This document shows, in pieces, positions 61,059 to 64,000 of a stretch of 64,000 bases of DNA. Numbering within the stretch: the stretch's first letter is position 1; each line of letters opens with the position of its first letter. The notes under the pieces are model-generated. The model was not told the origin of the DNA, did no database searches, and saw only the letters and a list, made by a program, of their open reading frames with translations. The position numbers were made by a program, and so were the translations under genes. The stretch lies in assembly GCA_020057295.1 (NCBI GenBank), contig JAGVGF010000002.1:128001-192000 (forward strand). Reading direction: 5' to 3'. The stretch comes from an archaeon (GTDB taxonomy: Archaea; Nanobdellota; Nanobdellia; Woesearchaeales; UBA9642).

Positions 61059-62194
61059 AGGTTGCAATTCTTTCTAATTTATTCAAAAAAGAATCCGACT
61101 TCAAAGAAGTTGAAGATGACTTAATGGAAGTTGGTAATGCTGTGAAAGATGCTTTAGAGAAAGCAGGTCATCAGACAGTGTTTTTTGACGTCAATGAAAC
61201 TACTTTTGAGCAATTACGTAATTCTGATGTAGAATTCGCATTTAATGTATGTGAAAGATTTAACGGCTCAAGTTTGTTTGAACCACACATTGCATCAATG
61301 CTTGAGTTATTGAATATTCCTTACACTGGTTCAGGCCCATTAACTTTAGCAACATGCATTAATAAAGTAAGAGTTAAAGAGATTCTTATGCATCATGGTA
61401 TTTTAACTCCTAACTATCAAGTATTTTATTCTAGGAACAAGAAATTAGATCCAGAATTAAAATTTCCGCTAATCGTGAAACCTGTATGTATGGACAATAG
61501 TATAGGTATAACTAATGAAGCAGTTGTTCACAATGAAGAAGATTTAAAGAGTAGAATAAGTTATATTTTAAGAACTTATGATCAACCTGCATTAGTTGAA
61601 GAATTCATCGATGGCAAAGAAATAACTGTAGGCGTTTTAGGAAATGGAAGAACTGCAACAGTTTTACCTCCAGCAGAAGTTGTTTTCAAAGATTGGCCTA
61701 CCGACGATAAAATATATAGTTACGAAGCAAAATGGCTCAAAGATACTGATGCATGGACAGGAGTTTCTGTAATGTGTCCGGCTGATCTGCAAAAATATCA
61801 AGAATATAGAATAAAGAGGATAGCACTTCAAGTTTATAGTATTTTAGGATGTAGGGACTATGGAAGAATAGATTTTAGATTAAGTAAAGAAGGTGTTCCT
61901 TATGTTTTGGAATTAAATCCTAATCCAGGAATAAGTCCTGAACTAAGCATTGAAGAACAACCAGACTTTATACCTTTATCTGCTTCCAAGAGCGGTATGA
62001 GTTATGATGAGTTAATATTAAAAATATTTAATGAAGCACTCGACAGAAACAATTTAACAATAAAAATTATGCCTATTCCAAAAACTATAAGCACTGAAAA
62101 TGGTAAAGTTAAAGTCGCTCCTGAAGTAACTGTTCAAGTTGAACAATCCAAACCTAAAGAAAGAACAAAGATTGATCCAGATATAGTGTTATAA
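61055..62194 (+). CDS. D-Ala-D-Ala ligase-like ATP-grasp protein
   Basis: IPYTGSG, PLIVKP, LVEEFIDGKE, YSYEAKW, GRIDFRL, LELNPNPG. Confidence 0.85.
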   Translation: MKVAILSNLFKKESDFKEVEDDLMEVGNAVKDALEKAGHQTVFFDVNETTFEQLRNSDVEFAFNVCERFNGSSLFEPHIASMLELLNIPYTGSGPLTLATCINKVRVKEILMHHGILTPNYQVFYSRNKKLDPELKFPLIVKPVCMDNSIGITNEAVVHNEEDLKSRISYILRTYDQPALVEEFIDGKEITVGVLGNGRTATVLPPAEVVFKDWPTDDKIYSYEAKWLKDTDAWTGVSVMCPADLQKYQEYRIKRIALQVYSILGCRDYGRIDFRLSKEGVPYVLELNPNPGISPELSIEEQPDFIPLSASKSGMSYDELILKIFNEALDRNNLTIKIMPIPKTISTENGKVKVAPEVTVQVEQSKPKERTKIDPDIVL

Positions 62195-62228
62195 GTATGA
62201 TAAAATTTATATTTCTACGATAGTTGGT

Positions 62229-63143
62229 GTGGGTATGCAGATAATTACTGATACAAATAATAGCAAGGATATTATTAATAGAGTAATTAGTAAGCATGGA
62301 TGTGCTGCAGAACATAATTACTATTGTTACATATATGGTATTGAACCTTGGGAAAAACCATATTCAATGATTTTTGATGATGATATAGGAATACTTGCAA
62401 AGTATGATACTTCTGACAATGACTATTATGTTTTTACGGAGATACTTGCGCCTGTTGATAAGAAAGTCGAAGTTTTAAGAAAATTTTTAGATAATGTATT
62501 TTCTCAAGAAAAAAAGCCTAGAAAAGTATGGGTTGAATTAGAAACGCCAACAAGAAAACTTGTTGTAAAATCCTTGAAAAATTCTAATTATAAGTGTAAT
62601 AAGATAAATTATACTTTAGTATGGCCTGTGTTTGAAATGGACGAATGGAATGGAGATTTAATGCAAGGTGGCGAATGGAAGGATATGCGTTATTATTGGA
62701 ATAAATTTTTTAAAGAACATAAAGTAGAATTTGTGACTGCGGACAAGGTTAGTAAAGATGAACTCAAACAATTAGTTCATAATTGGAAAAAGAATAGAAC
62801 TACTGGCGACAGGGCATATATTGATTATTATATTCATGCTATTGATACAGGTTTTGCAGGTTATGATGTTAACAGGATAATGGTTGTTGATGGTAAAGCT
62901 GCAGCGATTAGTGCAGGATTCAAGCCAAGAGAAGGTTATTATTATTCTAGCATAGGATTATATGATAAAAACATTGATCGTAGCAACGAAGTGTCTAATA
63001 TGGATGATTTAATCAATCTTAAAAAATTGGGCTATAAAATTGTAGATTTTGGTGGCGTAGAAAATAAATCTTTAGAATTTAAGAAAAAATTTAGGCCCAC
63101 AAGATTTTATAAAACTCACATATTCTCAATACAATTAAAATGA
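62229..63143 (+). CDS. DUF2156/MprF-C-like GNAT-fold protein
   Basis: C-terminal LKKLGYKIVDFGG...SLEFKKKFRP resembles the DUF2156/FemAB terminal motif. Confidence 0.6.
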   Translation: MGMQIITDTNNSKDIINRVISKHGCAAEHNYYCYIYGIEPWEKPYSMIFDDDIGILAKYDTSDNDYYVFTEILAPVDKKVEVLRKFLDNVFSQEKKPRKVWVELETPTRKLVVKSLKNSNYKCNKINYTLVWPVFEMDEWNGDLMQGGEWKDMRYYWNKFFKEHKVEFVTADKVSKDELKQLVHNWKKNRTTGDRAYIDYYIHAIDTGFAGYDVNRIMVVDGKAAAISAGFKPREGYYYSSIGLYDKNIDRSNEVSNMDDLINLKKLGYKIVDFGGVENKSLEFKKKFRPTRFYKTHIFSIQLK

Positions 63144-63625
63144 TTACTATACGACGTTCTAAACCAAAAAATTTTCTTGTTATAAAAAATTCTGTTATAG
63201 CAGTAGAAAATGCATCCTTCGAGAAAGATGTAAGATTTGTATATGAAGATAAAGATTTTGATAATTTCGAATTAGAAACAGGTTTATGTTATATTATTCT
63301 TGACGGAAAGAAAATTATTGGTTATATCATGGCCGGCCCAGTTGAGAATGATTCTAGATACAAAAAGAGTAAGTATTGGAATACTAAAACAGTCCATCTC
63401 GATAGTATTGCTATTCATCCAAAATATCAAGGCAAAGGAATCGGTGTAAAGGCGATGAACAAATTACTATCTGATTCCAAAAAACGCGGTTTCAAGAGAA
63501 TTATTCTTGATGCTACTTCTTCAGGAATGTATAAACTTGCATTAAAGTATGATTTTAGTGTTGTTCGTCATTACAAGAAGTGGGAAGGCAATCGAGAAAA
63601 CTATTTTATGGAAAAAGTTTTATAA
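63140..63625 (+). CDS. GNAT-family N-acetyltransferase
   Basis: HLDSIAIHPKYQGKGIG acetyl-CoA motif A; 4-nt overlap with the upstream gene. Confidence 0.88.
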   Translation: MITIRRSKPKNFLVIKNSVIAVENASFEKDVRFVYEDKDFDNFELETGLCYIILDGKKIIGYIMAGPVENDSRYKKSKYWNTKTVHLDSIAIHPKYQGKGIGVKAMNKLLSDSKKRGFKRIILDATSSGMYKLALKYDFSVVRHYKKWEGNRENYFMEKVL

Positions 63626-63673
63626 GGTTTTTAAAAGATTAAAAAATAAAAATAATATGTTACAATTCTAAAC

Positions 63674-64000
63674 TTACTGTATTGTTATCTTCTTAATAAG
63701 AATTGGTGTTGATGGTCTATCTTGTGAATTTCTTTGAACCATGCTTATCTTATCAACAATATCTTGTCCCTTAACAACTTGACCAAAGATTGCATGTTTT
63801 CCATCAAGCCATGGTGTTGGAACCGTTGTTATGAAGAATTGACTTCCACCAGTATTTGGTCCAGCATTTGCCATTGATAATCTTCCTGACTGATTATGTT
63901 TTAATCCTGGTCCGAATTCATCTTTAATCATATAACCTGGTCCACCAGTTCCATCGCCTTTAGGATCTCCTGTTTGTACCATGAAGTTTGGTATTACTCT
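63674..64000 (-). CDS. cyclophilin-type peptidyl-prolyl isomerase (5'-truncated)
   Basis: [43 protein letters not shown]; frame runs off the window end. Confidence 0.93.
   Translation of the reverse strand, partial: RVIPNFMVQTGDPKGDGTGGPGYMIKDEFGPGLKHNQSGRLSMANAGPNTGGSQFFITTVPTPWLDGKHAIFGQVVKGQDIVDKISMVQRNSQDRPSTPILIKKITIQ

Overview
AT-rich archaeal chromosome segment. Archaeal markers are aIF5B, aEF-1beta, Trm1, a DUF1610 Zn-ribbon, BRE/TATA promoters and GGTGA ribosome-binding sites; DUF5752-like and wHTH-nucleotidyltransferase-like proteins suggest a DPANN lineage such as Woesearchaeota (inference). About 3.2-50.1 kb is a large cell-surface locus that I cannot assign to a described system. 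It has six paralogous ~240-260 aa Sec-secreted subunits in two related subfamilies (A, B) and three ~310 aa secreted subunits of a second family (C). Two giant adhesin-like proteins (~4000 and 2817 aa) end in an A/B-type domain and a 918-aa adhesin ends in a C-type domain; all three lack the subunits' N-terminal extension. The locus also has a membrane-anchored Ig-domain candidate chaperone/anchor, several other membrane-anchored surface proteins and five interspersed transcription factors. Four promoters, in two duplicated pairs, share a TATACA-N4-TGTATA operator. The architecture suggests ATPase-, usher- and sortase-independent pili or fibres, possibly built by donor-strand exchange and capped by tip adhesins; this is inference. 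The rest of the window is mostly housekeeping (pyk, HAD, aIF5B, trm1, aEF-1beta, patatin, M50, U32, gyrB, cyclophilin), plus an ATP-grasp/DUF2156/GNAT operon preceded by an overlapping 32-codon ORF. All family assignments are from motif recognition by eye; no database searches were run.
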